Below, in pieces: positions 1 to 8,555 of a DNA stretch of 25,581 bases. Source of the stretch: a virus (Duplodnaviria; Caudoviricetes); IMG/VR virus record IMGVR_UViG_3300020220_000293, positions 1-25,581 of that record, one strand, 5' to 3'. A program made the position numbers and the translations under genes. The number at the start of each line of letters is the position of its first letter. The first letter of the stretch is position 1. A model generated the notes under the pieces. It did not search any database and was not told where the DNA came from. It was given only the letters and a program-made list of their open reading frames with translations.

Positions 1-1
1 T

Positions 2-175
2 TGGATGAAAACTCAAGTTATGGAAGGGATTCATGACCCAGTTAAACCTGGAATCCTTAAGAAAAGACTTGGAAATCTATCATGTTCTAGAGTAAGATCG
101 GCTAAATCCAAGCTAAAAGACAAAGGGACTCACTACGCAAAAGCCCTTCAACGCTATTTAAACTATCACTGTTAA
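2..175 (+). CDS. 3' part of hypothetical phage protein (truncated by window start)
   Basis: Frame 2 is open from base 2 (WMKTQVMEGIHDPVKPGILKKRLGNLSCSRV...LNYHC) to TAA at 173-175; not in the ORF track. Confidence 0.6.
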   Translation, partial: WMKTQVMEGIHDPVKPGILKKRLGNLSCSRVRSAKSKLKDKGTHYAKALQRYLNYHC

Positions 176-176
176 C

Positions 177-183
177 TATTTAT
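177..183 (+). promoter_or_regulatory. TATTTAT motif (putative late promoter)
   Basis: AAC-TATTTAT-A, 18 nt before ATG 202; one of 12 intergenic copies. Confidence 0.6.
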
Positions 184-201
184 ATAGACAAAACGAATTC
201 T

Positions 202-576
202 ATGTGGCAAGCCAACGTAACAATCATTAATAATACTAGTTATAGATTGACTATAGATGGTGTAGGTCCTGGAAATATATCCATTGGTGCCAACCAACAG
301 ACTAGTTGGAGTTCGGAAGAAGTGCATAATACTAAATCTCTCCTATTCTGGAAAATACAGGGAGAATTTTATATGCAAGGTAATTTGTCTTTTGGACCTG
401 AAGCAGGAGTGTATGTAGATAGAGGATGGCAAGCAGAAGATGATCAAACAATACAAATGGTTGCAGTAGCAAATGGTAAATCTTGGACACAATCTCAAAA
501 CGGCGGTGAAACCCTTCTTGCTTGGAATGAATTCGAACAAGGCGGTGACATCACGTTAACTTTTAACGAAATATGA
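202..576 (+). CDS. hypothetical beta-rich protein
   Basis: 124-aa ORF after a TATTTAT motif; Trp/Gly/Asn-rich; overlaps the next gene (ATGA). Confidence 0.7.
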   Translation: MWQANVTIINNTSYRLTIDGVGPGNISIGANQQTSWSSEEVHNTKSLLFWKIQGEFYMQGNLSFGPEAGVYVDRGWQAEDDQTIQMVAVANGKSWTQSQNGGETLLAWNEFEQGGDITLTFNEI

Positions 577-962
577 AAAAACAGACACTAAACGAAATTC
601 GCCGGATGCAAAAGATCGCCGGTATTTTAAAAGAAGAAAACGACTTCGATTACGATAGCTTTTGGCGCGATTTAGCTAGTAAGGTAGGAACTAGAAGTGC
701 AATACAGATGCCGCAGGGTAACGTAGAGTACGAATATCTCAGAGATATAACTTTTCCGAACGGGTTGAGTTTTAAGATAGGCGGAGAAGATCCTGAAGGC
801 GGTAAAGTAATTTCCATAGAAAAGTTTAGAGGCGGATATGGAATAAGCGGGATGGAGTGGATCGAATCTCTCAATGAGCCTGGAGATGAAGGATATACGC
901 ATTATTTCGATCTTAAAGGTAACGAAGCTCGCGAACAAGACATACTAAATGCATCACGATAA
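573..962 (+). CDS. putative internal head (cargo) protein with QKIAG leader
   Basis: N-terminus MKKQTLNEIRRMQKIAGILKEE, then an acidic domain. Confidence 0.7.
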   Translation: MKKQTLNEIRRMQKIAGILKEENDFDYDSFWRDLASKVGTRSAIQMPQGNVEYEYLRDITFPNGLSFKIGGEDPEGGKVISIEKFRGGYGISGMEWIESLNEPGDEGYTHYFDLKGNEAREQDILNASR

Positions 963-1315
963 TGATAAAGCTAAAACATCTACTTCCGGAATGCAACGAA
1001 TGTGGTCGTGATTGGAATCACGGTCATGATCACGAAGCCGGTATGGCTAAGAACGAATTAAGAGATATGATCTCTAATGCCTCTAAGATCAATTCTATGG
1101 TCGGTGAAGGAGATAACCTACCGGGATGGGTATCGGCATACATTTCACTAGCTGCCGATTATATGCATTCAGTATCTGAGTACTTAGCAGGTGAATCTAG
1201 TCGCATGGAACAACCAGGTCCAGGGTATGGATTAGAAGAAAAGAAAGCACAGAGTAGAGCCCAACAAGCAGCTATTGCGATTTCATTGCAAAAAGCAGGT
1301 AAGAAGCCTAAATAA
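962..1315 (+). CDS. hypothetical protein, putative head-associated (MIKL..LxE leader)
   Basis: MIKLKHLLPE start, helical core (DHEAGMAKNEL...WVSAYISLAADYM), basic tail; TAATG coupling on both sides. Confidence 0.7.
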   Translation: MIKLKHLLPECNECGRDWNHGHDHEAGMAKNELRDMISNASKINSMVGEGDNLPGWVSAYISLAADYMHSVSEYLAGESSRMEQPGPGYGLEEKKAQSRAQQAAIAISLQKAGKKPK

Positions 1316-1536
1316 TGATAAAGCTTTCTTCCATATTATATGAAGATGTTTCGAAAAGAACAATCATGAAGGATGCGATTGAAACTGCAGATTTTTTTGC
1401 ACGTCGCGCTTTCACAAAAGACGAAGCAATAGATCTTGCAGCCGTTGCAATAAAAAAGTTACATAATTACGAATTAACACCTGAAGACCGTGAAGCTATA
1501 AAACATTGGATTTATAATCATCCAGTATTTAAATAA
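1315..1536 (+). CDS. hypothetical protein (MIKL..LxE leader)
   Basis: MIKLSSILYE start; translationally coupled to the previous gene. Confidence 0.65.
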   Translation: MIKLSSILYEDVSKRTIMKDAIETADFFARRAFTKDEAIDLAAVAIKKLHNYELTPEDREAIKHWIYNHPVFK

Positions 1537-1539
1537 AAT

Positions 1540-2139
1540 ATGAACCTCGATAAACTAAAAGGACACGTTCCCGACACTGTAATAGCCCAAATTCCTGAAG
1601 TAGGAGAAAAATTTGCTATTAACACTCCTTTGCGTCTTGCACATTTTCTTTCTCAATGCGGCCATGAATCCGGTGGTTTTAAAGTAGTAAAGGAAAATTT
1701 AAACTATAGCGCTAAAGGCTTACGTTCTATATTTAAAAAATATTTTACCGATGACGCTACCGCTCTCCTCTATGAACGCAAACCAGAAAAAATCGCCAAC
1801 TTAGTATACGCTAGTAGAATGGGAAATGGAGATAAAGCAAGCGGAGACGGATATAAATTTCGTGGACGCGGATACATTCAATTGACTGGTAAAGATAACT
1901 ATACAGCATTTGGTAAAGCAATCGGTGTTGATATTTTAGCTAATCCTGATCTAGTTGCAACAAAGTATCCGTTATTATCTGCAGCCTGGTATTGGAATAG
2001 CCGTAAGCTAAATGCTGTAGCCGATCAAGGTGCAACTGATGCAGTAGTAACTAAAGCAACCAAACTTGTTAACGGAGGTACCATTGGCCTTGATGATCGT
2101 ATAAAACATTTTAAAGAGTTTCATCATTTACTATCTTAA
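1540..2139 (+). CDS. glycoside hydrolase family 19 (chitinase-like) endolysin
   Basis: Motifs RLAHFLSQCGHESGGF, ENLNYS, GDGYKFRGRGYIQLTGKDNY, SAAWYW and VNGGTIGLDDR, typical of phage GH19 lysins. Confidence 0.92.
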   Translation: MNLDKLKGHVPDTVIAQIPEVGEKFAINTPLRLAHFLSQCGHESGGFKVVKENLNYSAKGLRSIFKKYFTDDATALLYERKPEKIANLVYASRMGNGDKASGDGYKFRGRGYIQLTGKDNYTAFGKAIGVDILANPDLVATKYPLLSAAWYWNSRKLNAVADQGATDAVVTKATKLVNGGTIGLDDRIKHFKEFHHLLS

Positions 2140-2147
2140 AAAAAACA

Positions 2148-2402
2148 ATGAAAAAAAATTTAATCAACGAAGTACGTCAACTGCAGAAGATTGCTGGTAT
2201 TTTGAAAGAAGACTATCAGAAGCCTTCCGAAGAACATGTAAGAAAGTATTGGGAGACGATGATAGAAGTACAGCCGGAAACAGTACTTAACGTTCTTGCT
2301 GATTTGACTACCGGTAGAATGACTATTGATAGTTTTATTGAAAATACAATGGGTGATGTATTCGATTCCTACCGGGATGATCTTTATAGCAATATAGACT
2401 GA
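2148..2402 (+). CDS. putative internal head (cargo) protein with QKIAG leader
   Basis: MKKNLINEVRQLQKIAGILKED, then an acidic ~60-aa domain. Confidence 0.7.
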   Translation: MKKNLINEVRQLQKIAGILKEDYQKPSEEHVRKYWETMIEVQPETVLNVLADLTTGRMTIDSFIENTMGDVFDSYRDDLYSNID

Positions 2403-2411
2403 ATAAAAAAA

Positions 2412-2777
2412 ATGAAAAAGAAAACACAACTAAACGAAGTACGTCAACTGCAAAAGATTGCAGGTATTTTGAAAGAGTATTTTGAAACAGATCCTGAATC
2501 AGTACAAGAGGCTTTTCAAAAAGCCGGTATTGATATGAACACGCCTGTAGTCGTTGTTGAAACGTCAGGCCACTATGCTGACGAGCCTCGCAGAGCTAAT
2601 CCTACAGAATTAGTAAATAAGCTACAAAAAATAAAAGATACTCAACAAGAAGAAGGTGTCCACTTTGACTACGAGACTGCAGTTGCATATCCTGCTCAAG
2701 AATATGGACTTGAAGGTATGGAAGCTAAATTATCAATGGGAGTAAGCGATGCCTACGAATTCGTTATATTTCAATAA
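2412..2777 (+). CDS. putative internal head (cargo) protein with QKIAG leader
   Basis: MKKKTQLNEVRQLQKIAGILKEY; leader DNA 2433-2477 is 42/45 identical to 2166-2210. Confidence 0.7.
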   Translation: MKKKTQLNEVRQLQKIAGILKEYFETDPESVQEAFQKAGIDMNTPVVVVETSGHYADEPRRANPTELVNKLQKIKDTQQEEGVHFDYETAVAYPAQEYGLEGMEAKLSMGVSDAYEFVIFQ

Positions 2778-2781
2778 TAAT

Positions 2782-3252
2782 ATGACAAATAGAGAAATTA
2801 TAAGAAGATTAATACTTAACGAAGTAGAGAGGATGGAACCAAAAGTTCAATCTTTTGAAGATAATCCTATTGACTTTATTTTACAGAAGTATCCCACACT
2901 TCGTAAGACCTTAGAAATGCTAATGTCCTCTGCCTATAAGGACTACATTACAGGCATTTATATTATAGCACCAAAACCTACTACATTCAAAATTGTTCTT
3001 CATAATGGACAGAGCTTTATGCTTACATTCCTGGGTAAGGTCTACGAGGCTACAGTAGCAGGAAAGAAGTTTTACCTACAGACAATTGGTGAAAGAGAAA
3101 GGGCCACGAATGCAATTGCACGTATTTTAGCCGTTGGTAATCCTATTGAGACTAAGGGTCCTGAAGGAGAAGAACAGGTAGCTGGTGAACCTAAAGTAGA
3201 AGAAGAAGAAACACCCCCAGCTGAAGCTGAAGCTGAAGAAACAGAAGCTTAA
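2782..3252 (+). CDS. hypothetical protein with acidic C-terminal tail
   Basis: Start moved to ATG 2782 (MTNREIIRRLILNE), just after the upstream stop; followed by a terminator. Confidence 0.75.
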   Translation: MTNREIIRRLILNEVERMEPKVQSFEDNPIDFILQKYPTLRKTLEMLMSSAYKDYITGIYIIAPKPTTFKIVLHNGQSFMLTFLGKVYEATVAGKKFYLQTIGERERATNAIARILAVGNPIETKGPEGEEQVAGEPKVEEEETPPAEAEAEETEA

Positions 3253-3255
3253 TAT

Positions 3256-3284
3256 AAAGCCCGGTTAAAAAAGCCGGGTTTTTT
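3256..3284 (+). terminator. rho-independent terminator
   Basis: GCCCGGTT-AAAAA-AGCCGGGT stem-loop followed by a T-run. Confidence 0.85.
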
Positions 3285-3285
3285 G

Positions 3286-3314
3286 TTGTTAGTTTAAAAC
3301 TTGTTTCTTATACT
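3286..3314 (+). promoter_or_regulatory. sigma70-like promoter
   Basis: TTGTTA (3286-3291), 17-nt spacer, TATACT (3309-3314), 15 nt before ATG 3330. Confidence 0.45.
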
Positions 3315-3329
3315 ATAAGAAAATCATAT

Positions 3330-3581
3330 ATGAAAACACGAATTATTACTAGGACAATAAATACAGTTTGTGGTAAAACTATAAGCTATCTTGAATCTGA
3401 AGGCCAAGCTAATAAAATGCATTCCGTCGATGGTCCTGCATTAGTTTTTCCTGATACTGATAATAAAGCTCCCGAGTATTACCTGTACGGCATTAAATAT
3501 TCTAAAGCTGAATGGAAAGAAAAGCTTACAAAAAAGAAGACTATAACACCTGCAGATATATCTTTTGATTCACAGTTATAA
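3330..3581 (+). CDS. small protein with one HxxDGPA...Y(Y)xxG unit
   Basis: MHSVDGPALVF...PEYYLYGIKYSKAEW resembles the LHREDGPA-type unit of phage and giant-virus hypothetical proteins. Confidence 0.7.
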   Translation: MKTRIITRTINTVCGKTISYLESEGQANKMHSVDGPALVFPDTDNKAPEYYLYGIKYSKAEWKEKLTKKKTITPADISFDSQL

Positions 3582-3583
3582 TC

Positions 3584-3590
3584 TATTTAT
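3584..3590 (+). promoter_or_regulatory. TATTTAT motif (putative late promoter)
   Basis: 14 nt before ATG 3605. Confidence 0.6.
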
Positions 3591-3604
3591 TAATAAACGT
3601 TACC

Positions 3605-4102
3605 ATGGTATTTAATATACAAAAATTCTTGGTAAAGAATAAATTAACTAAAAGATCTCGTCTTAACGAAGATGCCGAGACTAAGACTGATGCCGAAAAA
3701 GTAGCTATGGGTGCTGAAGAAGGAGATGAAGAAATGTTTGATCCAGATAGCAATCATCCTTACAGGCAGGAAAAAGTAAGTAGTTTTACAGGCTCTGAAA
3801 TACCTTGGCCACAAAGAGACCCTCTTGACAGTACTAGAAAAGATGTAGATGATGGTCCGTCTGCAACTGATGCTAATAAAATCGATAGAGCTACTAGTAG
3901 CTTACATAAAAAAGAACTTAAGTTAAAATCTCTAGAAGATATAAAAGATAAACTAATAATGCAATATAAGAGCGGACAGTTAAAATTAGATCAATATAAA
4001 GCTGCTATTGGTAATATACCTAACCAAATTAAAAAATTGAGATTTGATATCGAGAGACAATTAGATCCGGTTATTGGTGATAGTGACGAAGACGATATCT
4101 AA
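3605..4102 (+). CDS. hypothetical protein upstream of terminase (acidic linker, C-terminal coiled coil)
   Basis: 165-aa ORF; N-terminal segment ends in RLNE; no recognisable small-terminase motif. Confidence 0.7.
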   Translation: MVFNIQKFLVKNKLTKRSRLNEDAETKTDAEKVAMGAEEGDEEMFDPDSNHPYRQEKVSSFTGSEIPWPQRDPLDSTRKDVDDGPSATDANKIDRATSSLHKKELKLKSLEDIKDKLIMQYKSGQLKLDQYKAAIGNIPNQIKKLRFDIERQLDPVIGDSDEDDI

Positions 4103-4110
4103 AAGTACAT

Positions 4111-5700
4111 ATGAGTCAACGAGCAGCAATTAGCGATGCTATAAGACAGGAACTTATAAGATGTAAGCAAGATCCTGTATACTTCATGAAGAAGTATTAT
4201 ACTATTCAGCATCCTACTAGGGGTAGAATGATTTTTAACCTTTATCCTTTCCAAGAAAAAGTACTGAGATTATTTCAAAGACATGATTATACAATCATTA
4301 ACAAGTCCAGACAGTTAGGTATTTCAACTCTAACCTCTGCTTTTTCATTATGGATGATGTTATTTGAGCAAGATAAAAACGTTCTTGTTTTAGCAACTAC
4401 GCAAGCTACAGCAAAAAACATGGTTACAAAAGTAAGATTTGCTTACGATAATCTTCCTACCTGGATGCAAATGCCGGTGCTTGAACATAACCGTTTGAGT
4501 TTGCGTTTAAAAAACGGATCTCAAATTAAAGCCGTTTCAGCTGCTACAGATAGCGCACGTTCTGAAGCAGTATCATTACTTATAATCGATGAAGCAGCAT
4601 TTATAGATAGAATTGAAGACATTTTTACAGCAGCACAACAGACACTTGCTACCGGTGGCCGGTGTTTAGCACTATCTACGCCAAACGGTGTTGGTAACTG
4701 GTTTCATAAAGAGTTTTCTCGTGCACAAAACGGCGAAAATAAATTTACACCCATCGCTCTCCCATGGACCGTACACCCGGAAAGAAATCAAGAATGGCGC
4801 GATGAACAAGAAGCAACTCTCGGTAAAAGAAATGCAGCTCAAGAGTGCGATTGTGACTTTACAACCTCGGGTAATACATTCCTTGAACCTGAAACTTTAA
4901 ACTGGTATCAATTAAATACGGTAAGGGAGCCACTTGAAAGGCGAGACATGAACCAATCGTACTGGCTATGGGATTATCCTAATTCGATGGCTACTTACAT
5001 GGTAGTAGCTGACGTAGCACGTGGTGATGGATTAGACTATTCAGCATTTCATGTTATAGAAACTGATACTATGACCCAGGTAGCTGAATTTAAAGACCAG
5101 TTAAGTACTAAAGACTTTGCTCGTAAGTTAGTTTCTGTTGCTATCGAATGGAATAATGCAATGCTTGTAGTAGAAAATGCTAATATTGGATGGGACGTTG
5201 TAACTACTATTGATGAAATGGGATATCCTAATCTTTATCATGCGCCGAAATCAGAAATAATAGGTACACAAATTGAACTCTATGTTGAGAAATTTGATAG
5301 AGGTGACGGAATGGTACCTGGTTTCAGTATGAATCAAAGAACTAGACCTCTTGTACTTGAAAAAGCAAGATCCTTTGTCGAAGAAAAAAGTATAGTTATA
5401 AGATCCCAGAGACTGCTTGATGAATGGCGAGTATTTATTTGGAAAAACGGTAAAGCGCAGGCCTTGCAAGGTTATAACGATGACTTGGTAATGTCTTTCG
5501 GTATAGGCTTATTTCTTCGTGATACAGCAATACGTTTCCGTCAAACAGCTATGGATCTGGCCTATGCAAGTCTTAACAGCTATACAAGAACTCAATCAGG
5601 CTTTCAAATTTATACTCAAAATAACGGTTCAAAACAACAGAATCCATGGCAAATGACCGTCAACGGTCAACAAGAAGATATCGGGTGGCTTATAAGATAA
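4111..5700 (+). CDS. terL: terminase large subunit (T4 gp17-like)
   Basis: LYPFQ adenine-binding motif, Walker A KSRQLGIST, Walker B LLIIDEAAF, STPNG coupling motif, nuclease motifs ADVARGDGLDYSAF and DDLVMS. Confidence 0.96.
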   Translation: MSQRAAISDAIRQELIRCKQDPVYFMKKYYTIQHPTRGRMIFNLYPFQEKVLRLFQRHDYTIINKSRQLGISTLTSAFSLWMMLFEQDKNVLVLATTQATAKNMVTKVRFAYDNLPTWMQMPVLEHNRLSLRLKNGSQIKAVSAATDSARSEAVSLLIIDEAAFIDRIEDIFTAAQQTLATGGRCLALSTPNGVGNWFHKEFSRAQNGENKFTPIALPWTVHPERNQEWRDEQEATLGKRNAAQECDCDFTTSGNTFLEPETLNWYQLNTVREPLERRDMNQSYWLWDYPNSMATYMVVADVARGDGLDYSAFHVIETDTMTQVAEFKDQLSTKDFARKLVSVAIEWNNAMLVVENANIGWDVVTTIDEMGYPNLYHAPKSEIIGTQIELYVEKFDRGDGMVPGFSMNQRTRPLVLEKARSFVEEKSIVIRSQRLLDEWRVFIWKNGKAQALQGYNDDLVMSFGIGLFLRDTAIRFRQTAMDLAYASLNSYTRTQSGFQIYTQNNGSKQQNPWQMTVNGQQEDIGWLIR

Positions 5701-5703
5701 AGA

Positions 5704-5710
5704 TATTTAT
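5704..5710 (+). promoter_or_regulatory. TATTTAT motif (putative late promoter)
   Basis: 5 nt before the portal ATG. Confidence 0.6.
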
Positions 5711-5715
5711 TAGAT

Positions 5716-7671
5716 ATGGCAGATCAACAACCACAAAGGAACCTTTTTTCAACACTTAAACGCTTGTTTTCCACTGATGTTATCATCAGAAACGACGGCG
5801 GTACTCTCAAGACAGTCGATATCGATCAGATCCAGGTCGATGGCGTACTTCAAACTAATGCATTAGTAGATCGATTCAATCGTATCTATACTACCTCTAC
5901 CTCTTACGGTGTAAACTTAAACCTTTCGCAGAATTATCAAAGCGCCAGGGTACAGATTTACGCCGATTATGAAGCAATGGATACTGATCCTATTATTGCC
6001 TCAGCTTTAGATATTATCTCTGACGAGTGTACTCTTAAAAACTCTCAAGGAGATGTAATTCAAATACGTTCATCAGATGAAAACATTCAAAAGATACTCT
6101 ATAGCCTTTTCTATGATATACTAAACATTGAGTTTAATCTATGGTTCTGGATTAGAAATATGTGTAAGTATGGTGATTTTTTTCTAAAGTTAGAAGTTGC
6201 CGAAAAGTACGGAGTTTATAATGTAATTCCATTTTCCGCTTATAATATTGTACGTCTTGAAGGTACAAATCCTTCTAATCCTTCTGAAGTAATTTTTAAA
6301 TATGACCCTACTGCTGCATTAGGAGCTACTGCAGGATATTCTACATCATATCAGAATACTGATTTAGGTATAACGTTTTATAATTACGAAATGGCTCACC
6401 TTAGATTGATTGGTGATGTAAACTATCTACCTTACGGTCGCTCTTACCTAGAGCCAGGACGTAGATTATATAAACAATATATTTTAATGGAAGATGCGAT
6501 GATGATTCATCGTCTTACTCGTGCTCCTCAACGCCGTATTTTTTACGTAAATGTTGGAGCTATACCTCCAAACGAGGTTGAAAATTATATGCAGCGTATG
6601 ATTAATAAGATGAAAAAAACTCCTCTTGTTGATCAAAAAACAGGACAGTATAATTTGAACTATAACGTTCAAAACATGCTCGAAGATTTCTTTATACCTG
6701 TACGCGGTAACGACTCCTCTACACGTATTGATAATGCACCACCTCTGGAGTATAACGGTATTGAAGATATTAATTACTTACTTAACAAATTATTTGCAGC
6801 TCTTAAAATACCTAAAGCATTCCTTGGATATGAAAAAGATTTAACAGGTAAAGCAACATTGGCTGCTGAAGATATTCGCTTTGCACGTACTATTGAAAGA
6901 ATCCAGCGTATTGTTCTTTCAGAATTGACAAAGATAGCATTAGTACATCTTTACGCACATGGATACGACGATGAGTCGCTGACTAATTTTGAATTAAGTC
7001 TTACTACTCCTTCAATTATCTACGAGCAAGAAAGAATTGCCTTGATGAAAGAAAAAATGGATCTAGCCAGTCAAATGATGGAGACTAGTTTTTTACCTAC
7101 TGACTGGATATACGACAAATTATTTCACTTCTCTGAAGAGGAGTTTGATGAATATCGTGATTTAATAGTAGAAGATAAAAAAAGAATGTTCCGTATTAAG
7201 CAGATTCAAGAAGAAGGCAATGATCCTGCTGAAAGCGGCCAGGCTTACGGTACACCACATCAAATCGCTTCAATGTATGGCGGATACGGTACTGCACCGC
7301 TTTCAGGTCAGAACGTCCCGCAAGGTTATGATGAAACTAACCCTAGCGAACCTGTTAAATTACCCGGACGCCCTGCAAATAAAGTATCTCTTATAAATAC
7401 TTCAGAAGATCCACTAGGCAGAGACAGAATGGGGGTATACGATCTCAAATCTAAATCGATCTCCGGCGAAGATGGATTAAAAGCTAAATTTACAGGCGGA
7501 AGCCCTCTTTCACTTAGAGAGGGTAAAAATACAACCGTAGCTACTTATCTAACCAATAAAGCTGCATTTGAATCTTTTAAGAAGAACAAGAGAGTTAACA
7601 TATATGAAAATGATAAAAAAAGCGAATTGCTTGATGAATCACGTATTAGACCTGATTCAGATTTAATCTGA
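5716..7671 (+). CDS. portal protein (T4 gp20-like)
   Basis: LMEDAMMIHRLTRAPQRRIFYVNVGAIP, NMLEDFFIPVRG, IEDINYLLNKLFAALKIP and EDIRFARTIERIQ match gp20-family signatures. Confidence 0.95.
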   Translation: MADQQPQRNLFSTLKRLFSTDVIIRNDGGTLKTVDIDQIQVDGVLQTNALVDRFNRIYTTSTSYGVNLNLSQNYQSARVQIYADYEAMDTDPIIASALDIISDECTLKNSQGDVIQIRSSDENIQKILYSLFYDILNIEFNLWFWIRNMCKYGDFFLKLEVAEKYGVYNVIPFSAYNIVRLEGTNPSNPSEVIFKYDPTAALGATAGYSTSYQNTDLGITFYNYEMAHLRLIGDVNYLPYGRSYLEPGRRLYKQYILMEDAMMIHRLTRAPQRRIFYVNVGAIPPNEVENYMQRMINKMKKTPLVDQKTGQYNLNYNVQNMLEDFFIPVRGNDSSTRIDNAPPLEYNGIEDINYLLNKLFAALKIPKAFLGYEKDLTGKATLAAEDIRFARTIERIQRIVLSELTKIALVHLYAHGYDDESLTNFELSLTTPSIIYEQERIALMKEKMDLASQMMETSFLPTDWIYDKLFHFSEEEFDEYRDLIVEDKKRMFRIKQIQEEGNDPAESGQAYGTPHQIASMYGGYGTAPLSGQNVPQGYDETNPSEPVKLPGRPANKVSLINTSEDPLGRDRMGVYDLKSKSISGEDGLKAKFTGGSPLSLREGKNTTVATYLTNKAAFESFKKNKRVNIYENDKKSELLDESRIRPDSDLI

Positions 7672-7679
7672 TACGTCGA

Positions 7680-7686
7680 TATTTAT
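7680..7686 (+). promoter_or_regulatory. TATTTAT motif (putative late promoter)
   Basis: 17 nt before ATG 7704. Confidence 0.6.
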
Positions 7687-7703
7687 TAGTAAGCTAACTA
7701 GCG

Positions 7704-8555
7704 ATGATTAAACATAGCAAATACAAAAATACAGGGATTTTATTTGAGCTTTTAGTACGTCAATCTACTTCAGATTTAATGTCTAATAAAGATCCAAAAG
7801 CTGTTAAGATTTTTAAGAAATACTTCACAGGCACAGAGTTAGGTAAAGAGTATAACCTTTATAATTCTGTTGCTAGTGCACCAAAACTTTCTGAATCTAA
7901 AGCTGAAATACTAATTAATACTATAGTTGAGCAAGCAAAAAAGCTTGATAGAGTTAAATTAGATAAAGAAAAGTATAATCTCATTAAAGAAGTAAAGAAA
8001 CATTACGATTTAGATGATTTTTTTAAAGCCAAAATAAATAATTATAAGATTTATGCTTCAGTATATACTCTTATTGAAAATCAACTTACCAAAAAGTTCT
8101 CAGATACTAAGCAGCTTGTAACAAATAAGCTTACTCTCCTTGAGTACATTACTAAAGAGTCTTTAACTGAGAGAAAAGTAGCTTCTAAGGTAGTTGAAGC
8201 GTTTATGAGAGAGGATAAAGAAATTAGAATCCTTGCCTATAAGATACTAGTTGAGAAGTTTAATGAAAAATACGCTAGTCTTTCTCTAGAACAAAAAGAT
8301 TTACTCAAAGAATATATTAATAACGTCTCTGATACTAAGAGACTAAGAACCTATCTCAATATTAAACTACTCGAAGTCAAAACCGAGCTCGTAGGCTTAA
8401 AGTCTAACGTCGGAGATAAGGTTCTTAAAATAAAACTGAATGAAGTTTTAAATTTTATTAAGCCCCTTGGTCCAAATGATTCAATCAAGGACGAGGTTTT
8501 GATCGGCTTAATGCAGTACTATGAATTGATCAGTGAGCTCAAAGCCATCAAATAA
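7704..8555 (+). CDS. helical head-assembly (prohead core-associated) protein, putative
   Basis: 283-aa Lys/Leu-rich helical ORF (KHSKYKNTGILFELL) between portal and protease; function inferred from position. Confidence 0.6.
   Translation: MIKHSKYKNTGILFELLVRQSTSDLMSNKDPKAVKIFKKYFTGTELGKEYNLYNSVASAPKLSESKAEILINTIVEQAKKLDRVKLDKEKYNLIKEVKKHYDLDDFFKAKINNYKIYASVYTLIENQLTKKFSDTKQLVTNKLTLLEYITKESLTERKVASKVVEAFMREDKEIRILAYKILVEKFNEKYASLSLEQKDLLKEYINNVSDTKRLRTYLNIKLLEVKTELVGLKSNVGDKVLKIKLNEVLNFIKPLGPNDSIKDEVLIGLMQYYELISELKAIK

Noticed and set aside
3605-4102. Small terminase call based on position
   Set aside because: No recognisable TerS features; the acidic linker and LNE site look more like a head-internal protein. 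Left as hypothetical.
4111-7671. Intein or intron in terminase or portal
   Set aside because: The frames are continuous with ordinary motif spacing and no splicing or homing-endonuclease motifs.
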